From Patescibacteria group bacterium (lineage in GTDB: Bacteria > Patescibacteriota > Patescibacteriia > UBA2591 > PGYQ01): a stretch of 27,330 nt of DNA. How positions within the stretch are numbered: position 1 is the first letter of the stretch; the number at the start of each line of letters is the position of its first letter. The stretch is from assembly GCA_020061725.1 (NCBI GenBank), contig JAGUXS010000068.1, forward strand, positions 1-27,330, read 5' to 3'. Positions 1 through 8,814 of this stretch are shown here, piece by piece. A program made the translations under genes and the position numbers. The notes beneath the pieces were generated by a model that was given only the letters and a program-made list of their open reading frames with translations, was not told where the DNA came from and ran no database searches.

Positions 1-88
1 AAAATTTATTAACGTTTTAGTAATAAAAATAATTTAATATTAATTGTCAGTTAATTGTTATAATATTTTTACATCCAAAAAAGAGAGG
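1..88 (-). other. Putative second 16S insertion in V3 (or break in the gene)
   Basis: After ...GTAGAGGAACAAG the sense strand becomes AT-rich non-rRNA sequence. The universal 515-533 motif expected at about 9-27 by E. coli spacing is absent. Confidence 0.65.
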
Positions 89-440
89 CTTGTTCCTCTA
101 CAAAAGATTTTTACACCCCGAAGGGCTTCATCAATCACGCGGCGTCGCTTCGTCACCCTTTCGGGCATTGCGAAATATTCTCGACTGCAGCCTCCCGTAG
201 GAGTCTGGGCAGTGTCTCAGTCCCAGTGAGACGGGTCATGCTCTCACACCCGTTACTCATCATAGCTTTGGTAAGCCATTACCTTACCAACAGGCTAATG
301 AGCCATAGGCCACTCCTAAAGCCCCTTGCGGGTTTAGTTCAATAAAAGTATTATCGGACCACATGAGGAATTAGCTTCGATTTCTCGAAGTTATGCCTCT
401 CTTTAGGGTATGTTACCAATGTGTTACTCACCCGTTTGCC

Positions 441-583
441 GCGCGCTTCGCTTTTGCTTCGCTAAATGTAAAATGTAAATAGGTAAAATGTAAAATTATG
501 GAGTAAAAAATTTTTATAAAAATTTTTACAAAGTTTTTTAATTTTTAATTTTAAATTTAGCGTGAAACGAAAGCGAAACGCGC
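441..583 (-). other. Extended helix 6 (V1) insertion in 16S: GC-rich stem clamping an AT-rich loop of about 87 nt
   Basis: 441-467 GCGCGCTTCGCTTTTGCTTCGCTAAAT pairs imperfectly with 555-583 ATTTAGCGTGAAACGAAAGCGAAACGCGC; the loop contains AAATGTA/AAAATGT units. The 27F-to-338 distance is about 107 nt longer than in E. coli. Confidence 0.85.
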
Positions 584-602
584 ACGACTTGCATGCCTTA
601 AA

Positions 603-641
<39 letters not shown>

Positions 642-731
642 AAGTGATTTTTATGCTTTAAATAACATAAAATAATAAATTCCTATCACTATTTAAGTGT
701 CAAAGATCATTTATAAAAATATATTGTTCGT

Positions 732-760
732 ATAATAAAGAATTGTAAATAAAAAGTCAA
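732..760 (-). promoter_or_regulatory. Sigma70-type rRNA promoter
   Basis: Minus strand TTGACT (760-755), 17 nt spacer, TATTAT (737-732), about 85 nt upstream of the 16S 5' end. Confidence 0.65.
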
Positions 761-824
761 ATTTTTTTAATAATATTTATCCACAATTTTAATTATTAAA
801 TTAATTTAATAAGTTTTATTAATG

Positions 825-833
825 TGTTAAAAT
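825..833 (+). promoter_or_regulatory. Extended -10 promoter, probably giving a leaderless rfbA mRNA
   Basis: TG-T-TAAAAT at 825-833, followed by 7 nt and then ATG at 841. Confidence 0.45.
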
Positions 834-840
834 TCTATTT

Positions 841-1635
841 ATGAAAGGAATAATTTTGGCTGGAGGAACAGCGACGCGTCTTTTTCCATTAACAGCCACA
901 ACATCAAAACAACTTTTACCAATATACGATAGACAAATGATTTTTTATCCTCTGAATGTTTTAGTAAAAGGGGGGATAAAAAATATTTTGATAATAATCG
1001 CTCCAGAACATTCTGGACATTTTGTCAATCTTCTTGGTTCTATTTTTGATAAACACGATATTCATCTTGAATTTAAAGTTCAAAAAATTCCTCGTGGATT
1101 AGCCGACGCTTTTATTATTGGCGAAAATTTTATTGGCAATGATAATGTGGCAATGATTTTAGGCGATAATATTTTTGAAGATGATTTTTCAAAAGATATT
1201 AAAAATTTTAAAAGTGGAGCAAAAGTGTTTGCAATAAAAGTTTCAGATCCAGAAAGGTTGGGCGTAGTGGTTTTTAATAAACAGATAAAAGCAATTAAAA
1301 TAGTAGAAAAGCCAAAAGAATGGATAAGCGATTATGCTATTACTGGACTCTATGTTTATGATAATCGTGTTATTAAAGCGGCAAAAGCAATAAAACCAAG
1401 CGATCGTGGTGAAATTGAAATTACTGATTTGAATAATTGGTATTTAAAAAGAGGGGAATTAAAAGTTGGATTAGTTAAAGGCAAATGGTTAGACGCTGGA
1501 ACTTTTGATTCATTGTTGGAAGCTGGAAATTGTGTTAAAGAAAAAAAATTATACGAAAATTTTCATCCCGCAATCAATGAAGCGATTAAAGAATTTAATG
1601 AAGAATTAAAAATGTTGACCAAAAAAAAATTATAA
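841..1635 (+). CDS. rfbA: Glucose-1-phosphate thymidylyltransferase (RmlA/RfbA)
   Basis: MKGIILAGGTATRLFP, SKQLLPIYD, LGDNIF, EKP, SDRGEIEITD, WLDAGTFDSL motifs; no rmlBCD adjacent; 6-nt convergent overlap with valS. Confidence 0.9.
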   Translation: MKGIILAGGTATRLFPLTATTSKQLLPIYDRQMIFYPLNVLVKGGIKNILIIIAPEHSGHFVNLLGSIFDKHDIHLEFKVQKIPRGLADAFIIGENFIGNDNVAMILGDNIFEDDFSKDIKNFKSGAKVFAIKVSDPERLGVVVFNKQIKAIKIVEKPKEWISDYAITGLYVYDNRVIKAAKAIKPSDRGEIEITDLNNWYLKRGELKVGLVKGKWLDAGTFDSLLEAGNCVKEKKLYENFHPAINEAIKEFNEELKMLTKKKL

Positions 1636-4236
1636 TTTTAAATTTTTTAATTCTGTTTGATATAATTTTAATTTTTCTTTTTCATTTTCAACAATATTAG
1701 CTGGAGCTTTATTGATAAATTCTTTGTTTAATAATTTTCTTTTTAAATTAAAAATTAATTTTTCCAATTCAATAATTTTTTTATTAATTCTCGCCTGTTC
1801 TTTTTCTTTGTCTTTTGCGTCAATTAAATAAATTTCAATATCGTCAATAATAATACGAATCACTCGATCATCTTGCGTTTTTACATCGCAAGATTTTTTA
1901 ATTTCTAATTCATTAATATTTGTTTTTAAATTTTTAATTAATTCTTTATTTTTTTCAATTAAAGCAACGTATTTTTCAGTACAAATTATTGTTTTAATTT
2001 TTTTACTTGGTTCAATTTTATTTTCCGATCGAGCGTTACGAATGGCGGAAATAATATTTTTAATTATTTCAAAGTTATCAATATTAATATTAGTGAATTT
2101 ATTTGAAACGGTTGGCCATTTTTCTATCATTAATAAATTATTTGTTTTTATCTCTTGCCAAATAATCTCTGTTACAAAAGGAATAAATGGATGCCAAAGT
2201 TTTAATAAATTTTTTAAAATATAGAATAATATTTCATTTTTCTCTTCATTTTTTTCAAATTTGCTGATTTCTAAATACCAATCCGCAAAATCATCCCAAG
2301 TAAATTTACGTAATTTTTCACCAGCTTGTGAAAAATTATATTTTTTTAAATCATCGTTAATTTTTTTAATTAAATTATTAAATTTATTTAAAATCCATTC
2401 ATCGGCCAAAGTTAAATTTTGATATTTAACATTTAACATTTGACATTTAACATTTGACAATATATATCTTGCGATATTCCAGAGTTTATTGATAAATTTT
2501 TTAAATCCTTCAATTTTTTCTTCGCTTAATCGGCTGTCATTGCCCGGAGTACTTCCAATTAACATTGATAAACGAACAGCATCGGCACCGAATTTTTCAA
2601 TCATATTAATTGGATCAATTCCATTACCTTTTGATTTGCTCATTTTTTTGCCATTTTTATCTAAAATCATTCCGTGTAAATAAACATTTTCAAAAGGAAT
2701 TTCTTGTAAGGCAAATAATGACATCATAATCATTCGCGAAACCCAAAGTGTAAGAATTTCATATCCAGTTTCCAAAATTTGCGTTGGGTGAAATTTTAAT
2801 AGATCTCCAGATTTTTTATTTTTTTTAAAATTATCTGGCCATCCTAAAGTTGAAAAAGTCCACATTCCAGACGAAAACCAAGTATCTAAAGTATCAGGAT
2901 CTTGAGTCCAATTTTTACTTTCTGGTTTTTTAACGCCAACATAAATTTCTTGTTTACGATAATAAACAGGAATTTCGTGTCCAAACCAAATTTGACGAGA
3001 AATGCACCAGTCGCGCAAATTTTCCATCCAATCCAAATATCTTTTTTTAAATCTTTCTGGAATAAATTTTATTTCTTCTTTTTCTGCTACTTCAATTGCT
3101 TTTTCTTTAAGTGATTTATTCCCTAATTTTTTTATTTTTTTATCAACGCTAATAAACCACTGTTTTGATGGTAAAGGTTCAATCGATGCGCCGCATCGAT
3201 AGCAAATTGATAAATTGTTATTAATTTCCTCTTGTTTTTCTAATAAATTTTGTTCTTTTAATTTTTTAATAATTATTTCTCGAGCTTGTGTTGTAGTTTT
3301 ATTTGAAAATTCATTAAATCCTTTATATATTTTTCCCTCTTCATTTATAACTTTTTTTATTTCTAAATTATTTTCTTCCGCCATTTTCCAATCAGCCATA
3401 GAATGAGCGGGTGTAACCCCTAATACCCCTGTTCCAAAATTCATATCAACCTCGCGATTAGCAATAATTTTTAATTTTAAAGGAATTTCGCAAAAATTTA
3501 TTTTATAAATTTTTCCAATATATTTTTTATATCTTTTATCTTTTGGATTTACTGCCACGGCTGTATCGCCTAATTTTGTTTCTGGTCGAGTGGTAGCGAT
3601 TATAAAAGGAAAATCTTTGCTATACTTAAAAAAGTATAAAATCGCTTTTTGTTCTTTGTATTCAATTTCATCATCAGCTAGAGTGGAATGGCATCGCGGA
3701 CACCAATTTACAATTCTTTCTCCTTTGTAAATTATCCCTGCTTCATACATATCAACAAACATTTGCGCGACTGCTTTTTTTCTTTGTTCGTCTAAAGTAA
3801 AAGCTTCGCGAGACCAATCCAAAGAAGCGCCCATTTTTCTGGTTTGGCGCAAAATTGTCGCTTGAGTTTGTTTTAAAAATTTCCAAATTTCTTCAAGTAA
3901 TTTTTCTTTTCCTAAATCGTGACGAGTTATTCCTCGTTCTTTAAATATTTTTTTCTCAACAGCATTTTGTGTGGCAATAGCCGCGTGATCAGTTCCTGGT
4001 AACCACAACGTTTGATATCCTTTCATTCTATGATAACGAATCATTAAATCTTCAATAGCTAACATAGCAGAGTGTCCTAAATGTAATTTAGCTGTTATGT
4101 TTGGCGGGGGTAAAATAATAGTATAAGTGGGAGCGTTTTTAGATAAATTTAAATTATCAGGATTAAAAAATCCTGATTTTTCCCATTTTTGATAAATTTT
4201 GTCTTCGTAATTTTGTGGATTATAAGTTTTGTCCAT
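1630..4236 (-). CDS. valS: Valine--tRNA ligase
   Basis: PPPNIT..LHLGH (HIGH), PGTDHA, TTRPET, DWCISRQIWFGH, DTWFSS, KMSKSKGN; C-terminal coiled coil; 868 aa. Confidence 0.97.
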   Translation of the reverse strand: MDKTYNPQNYEDKIYQKWEKSGFFNPDNLNLSKNAPTYTIILPPPNITAKLHLGHSAMLAIEDLMIRYHRMKGYQTLWLPGTDHAAIATQNAVEKKIFKERGITRHDLGKEKLLEEIWKFLKQTQATILRQTRKMGASLDWSREAFTLDEQRKKAVAQMFVDMYEAGIIYKGERIVNWCPRCHSTLADDEIEYKEQKAILYFFKYSKDFPFIIATTRPETKLGDTAVAVNPKDKRYKKYIGKIYKINFCEIPLKLKIIANREVDMNFGTGVLGVTPAHSMADWKMAEENNLEIKKVINEEGKIYKGFNEFSNKTTTQAREIIIKKLKEQNLLEKQEEINNNLSICYRCGASIEPLPSKQWFISVDKKIKKLGNKSLKEKAIEVAEKEEIKFIPERFKKRYLDWMENLRDWCISRQIWFGHEIPVYYRKQEIYVGVKKPESKNWTQDPDTLDTWFSSGMWTFSTLGWPDNFKKNKKSGDLLKFHPTQILETGYEILTLWVSRMIMMSLFALQEIPFENVYLHGMILDKNGKKMSKSKGNGIDPINMIEKFGADAVRLSMLIGSTPGNDSRLSEEKIEGFKKFINKLWNIARYILSNVKCQMLNVKYQNLTLADEWILNKFNNLIKKINDDLKKYNFSQAGEKLRKFTWDDFADWYLEISKFEKNEEKNEILFYILKNLLKLWHPFIPFVTEIIWQEIKTNNLLMIEKWPTVSNKFTNINIDNFEIIKNIISAIRNARSENKIEPSKKIKTIICTEKYVALIEKNKELIKNLKTNINELEIKKSCDVKTQDDRVIRIIIDDIEIYLIDAKDKEKEQARINKKIIELEKLIFNLKRKLLNKEFINKAPANIVENEKEKLKLYQTELKNLKL
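2417..2458. repeat. In-frame heptamer array ATTT(A/G)AC x5 plus one degenerate unit in valS
   Basis: Units read directly at 2424-2458; encodes LSNVKCQMLNVKYQN in the linker after KLWNIARYI. Confidence 0.9.
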
Positions 4237-4262
4237 AAAAAAGTTTAAATTAAATCATTTAA

Positions 4263-4291
4263 AGATTAACAAAAAATAATTAAGAAATCAA
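4263..4291 (-). promoter_or_regulatory. Putative valS promoter
   Basis: Minus strand TTGATT, 17 nt spacer ending TGT, TAATCT; leaves a leader of about 20 nt, too short for a T-box. Confidence 0.4.
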
Positions 4292-4322
4292 ATTTTAGAC
4301 GAATAAATGCTATTTAATAAAA

Positions 4323-4350
4323 TTGCTATTTTATAATTTTTTTGTATAAT
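4323..4350 (+). promoter_or_regulatory. Putative gpmI operon promoter
   Basis: TTGCTA, 16 nt spacer, TATAAT, 34 nt upstream of the ATG at 4385. Confidence 0.55.
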
Positions 4351-4384
4351 TTTAAAATGAATTAAAATTATGTGAATTAAAATT

Positions 4385-5953
4385 ATGAATTATAAATTTA
4401 AAAAAACGCCTATTGTTTTAATTATCCTCGATGGTTGGGGAATTGCTCCAGCATCAAATGGAAACGCGATTACTTTGGCAAAAACACCAACAATGGATTT
4501 TTTATATAAAAAATATCCATACACAACTTTAAAAGCGCATGGAAAATATGTTGGTTTGTCTAATGAACAAGATGGTAATTCTGAAGCTGGGCATATGAAT
4601 TTAGGAGCTGGTAGAATAGTTAAACAAGACGCTGTTTATATTTCAGAAAGCATTGCGGATGGAACATTTTTTAAAAACACAGCTATTTTAGAAGCAATAA
4701 AACACACTAAAAAATATAACACAAATGTTCATTTATTAAGTTTGCTTTCGGGATCGCAAAGTCCTCATACTAATTTAAATCATCTTTACGCTTTTTTAGA
4801 ATTAATTAAACGACAAGAAATAAGTAGTAATAAAATTTTTTTGCATTTTTTTACTGATGGTCGCGATTCTTCACAATATGGGGCTTTGAAATATTTAAAA
4901 AAAGTTGTTTCTAATTTTCAAGGTGAAGAAAAAATCGCCACAATTTCTGGACGATTTTTTGCAATGGATAGAAAGAAAAAATGGGAGAGAATTGAAAAGG
5001 TTTATAATGCTATGGTTTTAGGAGAAGGGGAGAGAGCGGAGAGTTCAGAGCAAGTTATTTTGAGGGCTTATAATAAAAAATTAACCGATGAATATATTTT
5101 GCCGACAGTAATTACAAAAAATGGAAAACCGATTAGCGTAATTAAAGACAATGACGCGATTATTTTTTCTAATTTAAGATCGGATCGCGCTCGAGAATTA
5201 ACTAAAGCGTTTATTCAAAAAGATTTTAATAAAATGAATCCCGGATCATTCAAAAGAAAAAAAGTTCTTCAAAATATTCGTTTTGTGGCAATGACTGATT
5301 TTGGACCAGACCTGCCTCATATTTTTACCGCGTTCCCTTCTCGCGATATAAAAATGAGTTTGCCTGCTGTTTTAAAAAATTTAAAACAAGTTTATATCGC
5401 TGAAACAGAAAAATACGCTCATATGACTTATTTTATAAATGGCGGGTATGCTGATCCGATTGATGGAGAAGAAAGGATAAAAATTTCTTCATTGGATATT
5501 CCTTATTACGACAAAGAGCCAAAAATGAGCGCGCCAGAAATTACAAAAACAGTTTTGAATAAATTACAAGAAAATAATTATGATTTTATTGCGATTAATT
5601 TTGCTAATCCGGATATTATTGGTCATACTGGAAATTTAAAAGCGGCAATTCAAGCCGTTGAATGTGTTGATCAATGCGTGGGAGTGATTGTAAAAAAAGT
5701 TCAAGAAAAAAATGGTATTGCCATAATAACAGCCGATCATGGGAATGTTGAAGAAATGATCAATTTAAAAACCGGAGAAATAGACACAAAACATTCAAAA
5801 AATCCCGTACCGTTTATTTTAGTTGACAATCAAAAAAGAAAAATAAAATTAAAAGATGAGGGAAATTTAGCTGATGTCGCTCCAACAATTTTAGAATTGT
5901 TTCAAATAAAAAAACCAAAAGAAATGAATGGGAGAAGTCTTCTTATTAACTAG
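4385..5953 (+). CDS. gpmI: 2,3-bisphosphoglycerate-independent phosphoglycerate mutase, paralog 1
   Basis: ILDGWG, GNSEAGH (catalytic Ser), DGRD, GRFFAMDR, RSDRAREL, ETEKYAH, NFANPDIIGHTG, TADHGN. Confidence 0.93.
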   Translation: MNYKFKKTPIVLIILDGWGIAPASNGNAITLAKTPTMDFLYKKYPYTTLKAHGKYVGLSNEQDGNSEAGHMNLGAGRIVKQDAVYISESIADGTFFKNTAILEAIKHTKKYNTNVHLLSLLSGSQSPHTNLNHLYAFLELIKRQEISSNKIFLHFFTDGRDSSQYGALKYLKKVVSNFQGEEKIATISGRFFAMDRKKKWERIEKVYNAMVLGEGERAESSEQVILRAYNKKLTDEYILPTVITKNGKPISVIKDNDAIIFSNLRSDRARELTKAFIQKDFNKMNPGSFKRKKVLQNIRFVAMTDFGPDLPHIFTAFPSRDIKMSLPAVLKNLKQVYIAETEKYAHMTYFINGGYADPIDGEERIKISSLDIPYYDKEPKMSAPEITKTVLNKLQENNYDFIAINFANPDIIGHTGNLKAAIQAVECVDQCVGVIVKKVQEKNGIAIITADHGNVEEMINLKTGEIDTKHSKNPVPFILVDNQKRKIKLKDEGNLADVAPTILELFQIKKPKEMNGRSLLIN

Positions 5954-5974
5954 TAACTAATAATTTAGCTTGTA

Positions 5975-6057
5975 GAAAATTAAAATTAAGAACACAAAAT
6001 ATAGAAAATTAAAAATTAGAAATTATTTTTTTAACTTTTAATTTTAAATTTTATTTC
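5975..6057. repeat. Intergenic inverted heptamer-like arrays (A-rich arm then T-rich arm)
   Basis: AGAAAATTAAAAATTAGAAA followed by TTTTAACTTTTAATTTTAAATT, an imperfect inverted repeat between the gpmI copies. Confidence 0.55.
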
Positions 6058-6070
6058 ATAATATGAAAAT

Positions 6071-7645
6071 ATGAAGTCTCCTATTGCTCTTATTATTCTC
6101 GATGGTTGGGGAATTGCTCCGGCGTCGAGGGGAAATGGAATAAGTTTAGCCAAAACTCCAAACTTTAATAAATATATTACTACTTATTTTAGCGCTGTTT
6201 TGCAAGCTTCTGGAGAGGCTGTTGGATTACCTTATGGCGAAGTGGGAAATTCAGAAGTTGGACATTTAAATTTAGGAGCTGGAAAAATTATTTTTCAAAA
6301 TTTGCCTCGAATTAATAAATCTATTTTAAATGGAAGTTTTTTTAAAAATAAAATTTTTTTAGAAGCGTTTAGTCATATTAAAAAAAATAATTCCTCTTTA
6401 CATCTTTTAGGATTGGTTTCAAATGGCGGAGCACATAGTTTTAATGAACATCTTTTTGCTCTTCTAGAATTAGCAAAAAAAGAAAAATTAGATAGGGTTT
6501 TTATTCACGCATTTTTAGACGGTAGAGACACTTCTTATAATAGCGGATTGGATTTTATAAAAGAATTGGAAGAAAAAATAAATCAAATTGGCATTGGAAA
6601 AATCGCTAGCCTTTCCGGAAGATTTTTTGCGATGGATCGAGATAATCATTGGGACAGAATTAAAAAAGTTTATTTAGCGCTTACAGAAGGACAATCTGAA
6701 GAAAAATTTAATAATTCCATTGAAGCCATTCAAAATTCTTATGATCAAAATATTTTTGATGAAGAATTTTTACCAACAGTTTTATTAGATGAAAATAAAA
6801 AACCAATCGCTACTATACAAGATAGCGACGCGATTATTTTTTTTAATTTTAGATCAGATCGCGCTCGAGAATTAACTCAATCTTTTGTTTTGCCAAATTT
6901 TGAAAAATTTAAAAGACCGACATATTTAAAAAATTTATATTTTACGACGATGACCGAGTATGAAGAAAATTTTCCTGTAAAAATAGCTTTTCCGTCAGAA
7001 AAAATCGAAAATTCTTTATCAAAAATTTTAAGCGATTTAGGATTAAAACAACTTCATATCGCCGAGACAGAAAAATACGCTCACGTGACTTATTTTTTTA
7101 ATGGCGGCAAAGAAGAGCCTTTTTGGGGAGAGGATAATGTTGTCGTTCTTTCTCCTCAAGTCTCTTCGTATGCCGAAAAACCTGAAATGAGCGCGTTAGA
7201 AGTGACTAAAAAATTAATTCAAGAAATTTCCAGAGACGAATACGATTTTATTGTTTGTAATTTTGCTAACACTGATATGGTCGGACATACCGGAAATTTA
7301 AAAGCGGTTATTCAAGCTGTTGAATGCGTTGATCAATGTTTAAAAAAAATTGTTGATCAAATTTTATTAAAAAATGGAATTATTTTAATAACCGCCGACC
7401 ATGGCAATGCCGAAGAAGTAATAAATTTATATACTGGAGAAATTGACAAAGAACATTCTGTTAATCCAGTTCCTTTTATTTTGATTGGCAAACAATGGGA
7501 GGGTGAAGCTAAAAAATTGAGTAGAATTAATCCAGATTTAAGTGGACTTATTTCAACTGGCGTTTTAGCTGATATTGCTCCGACAATTTTGAAAATTATG
7601 AATATCCCAGAACCAGAAGAAATGACAGGAAATAGTTTGATTTGA
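6071..7645 (+). CDS. gpmI: 2,3-bisphosphoglycerate-independent phosphoglycerate mutase, paralog 2
   Basis: ILDGWG, GNSEVGH, VSNGGAHS, DGRD, GRFFAMDRDNHW, ETEKYAHVTYFFNGG, NFANTDMVGHTG, TADHGNAE. Confidence 0.95.
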   Translation: MKSPIALIILDGWGIAPASRGNGISLAKTPNFNKYITTYFSAVLQASGEAVGLPYGEVGNSEVGHLNLGAGKIIFQNLPRINKSILNGSFFKNKIFLEAFSHIKKNNSSLHLLGLVSNGGAHSFNEHLFALLELAKKEKLDRVFIHAFLDGRDTSYNSGLDFIKELEEKINQIGIGKIASLSGRFFAMDRDNHWDRIKKVYLALTEGQSEEKFNNSIEAIQNSYDQNIFDEEFLPTVLLDENKKPIATIQDSDAIIFFNFRSDRARELTQSFVLPNFEKFKRPTYLKNLYFTTMTEYEENFPVKIAFPSEKIENSLSKILSDLGLKQLHIAETEKYAHVTYFFNGGKEEPFWGEDNVVVLSPQVSSYAEKPEMSALEVTKKLIQEISRDEYDFIVCNFANTDMVGHTGNLKAVIQAVECVDQCLKKIVDQILLKNGIILITADHGNAEEVINLYTGEIDKEHSVNPVPFILIGKQWEGEAKKLSRINPDLSGLISTGVLADIAPTILKIMNIPEPEEMTGNSLI

Positions 7646-7737
7646 ATTTGATGGGGATTATGAATAAAAAAATAATTTAATTAAATTTAATCAAAATCGC
7701 GCCAAATTTTATTTTATGTTCATTTTACCTTTTATTT

Positions 7738-8778
7738 ATGCAGCTTTTGAGATTTCAAAATTCGGGGACTGTTCCTTTAAATGAAGAACAAAAAAATGCG
7801 GTGACTTATAAAAATGGTCCTTTGCTTATTATTGCCGGAGCTGGTACAGGAAAAACCACGGTTATTACCACAAGAATAGCTTGGTTAATTTTATTTAATC
7901 AAATTAAACCAGAAGAAATTTTAGCTCTAACTTTTACCGATAAAGCGGCAGAAGAAATGGAAGAAAGAGTGGATCGACTTTTACCTTATGGTTATGTTGA
8001 TTTATGGATTTCTACTTTTCATTCTTTTGCCGAGAGAATTTTAAAACAACACGCCATTGATATTGGCTTGCCGGATAATTTTAAATTATTAAATCAAACA
8101 GAACAAAATTTTTTAATCAGGCGAAATTTTGATCGATTTAATTTAGATTATTATCGTCCATTAGGAAATCCAACAAAATTTATTCAAGCGATGATTAAAC
8201 ATTTTTCACGAGTCAAAGATGAAGAAATTTGGCCAGAAGATTATTTGGAATACGCCGAGGGATTAAAATTAGATAGAGATATTGAAATGTCAAATGTCAA
8301 ATGTCAAATGTCAAATGCGAATGAAATAAAACGAATTAATGAAATAGCTAACGCTTATCATGTTTATCAACAACTTTTATTAAAAAATAGCGCTTTGGAT
8401 TTTGGAGATTTGATAAATTATACTTTAAAATTATTTCGAACAAGGCCGCAAATTTTAGAAAAATACAGAAAACAATTTAAGTATATTTTAGTTGACGAGT
8501 TTCAAGACACAAATTGGGCTCAATATGAATTAATAAAACTTTTAGGCGCGCCAAAAAATAATATCACTGTTTCCTTTGATGATGATCAATCAATCTATAA
8601 GTTCCGCGGGGCTTCGGTGAGCAATGTGATGCAATTTAAAAAAGATTATTCAAAAGCAAAACAAATTGTTTTAATAAAAAATTATCGCTCTAAACAAAAT
8701 ATTTTAGATTTGGCTTATAATTTTATTCAAAAAAATAATCCTAATCGTTTAGAATGGCAATTAAAAAATAATCAGTAG
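7738..8778 (+). CDS. uvrD: UvrD/PcrA-family helicase, N-terminal half only (346 aa)
   Basis: LNEEQ (Q motif), AGAGTGKT, LTFTDKAA, STFHSF, VDEFQDTN, DDDQSIYKFRGA, NYRS. The ORF ends before the 2A/2B domains and no continuation is seen in other frames. Confidence 0.85.
   Translation: MQLLRFQNSGTVPLNEEQKNAVTYKNGPLLIIAGAGTGKTTVITTRIAWLILFNQIKPEEILALTFTDKAAEEMEERVDRLLPYGYVDLWISTFHSFAERILKQHAIDIGLPDNFKLLNQTEQNFLIRRNFDRFNLDYYRPLGNPTKFIQAMIKHFSRVKDEEIWPEDYLEYAEGLKLDRDIEMSNVKCQMSNANEIKRINEIANAYHVYQQLLLKNSALDFGDLINYTLKLFRTRPQILEKYRKQFKYILVDEFQDTNWAQYELIKLLGAPKNNITVSFDDDQSIYKFRGASVSNVMQFKKDYSKAKQIVLIKNYRSKQNILDLAYNFIQKNNPNRLEWQLKNNQ
8285..8319. repeat. In-frame heptamer array AAATGTC x4 plus AAATGCG in uvrD
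   Basis: Read directly; encodes EMSNVKCQMSNA in the 1B-domain region. Confidence 0.92.
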
Positions 8779-8814
8779 CCCCCAATGAATAATCTGTAAT
8801 TAGTTGATGATTTT

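Noticed and set aside
44-229. 61-aa ORF on the plus strand
   Set aside because: Antisense to the 16S rRNA; no coding features.
2042-3406. Short plus-strand ORFs within valS (also those inside tpiA, the ligase, permeases, rmuC, lepA, porB and elp3)
   Set aside because: Shadow frames overlapping well-supported genes; low-complexity translations.
7764-7776. GGGGACTGTTCCT in the uvrD N-terminus resembling REP-like GGGACTGTCCC motifs
   Set aside because: Single imperfect copy with no partner arm; resemblance only from recall.
8776-8800. Stop-codon recoding as the explanation for the truncated uvrD and lepA
   Set aside because: uvrD ends in TAG with TAA six codons later, lepA ends in TAA, and TGA terminates intact genes (gpmI-2, the S11 peptidase, the ligase); the standard code fits.
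8792-8800. ATCTGTAA shared just downstream of both truncated genes
   Set aside because: An 8-mer in very AT-rich DNA at different offsets is plausibly chance; not enough to call a recombination site.
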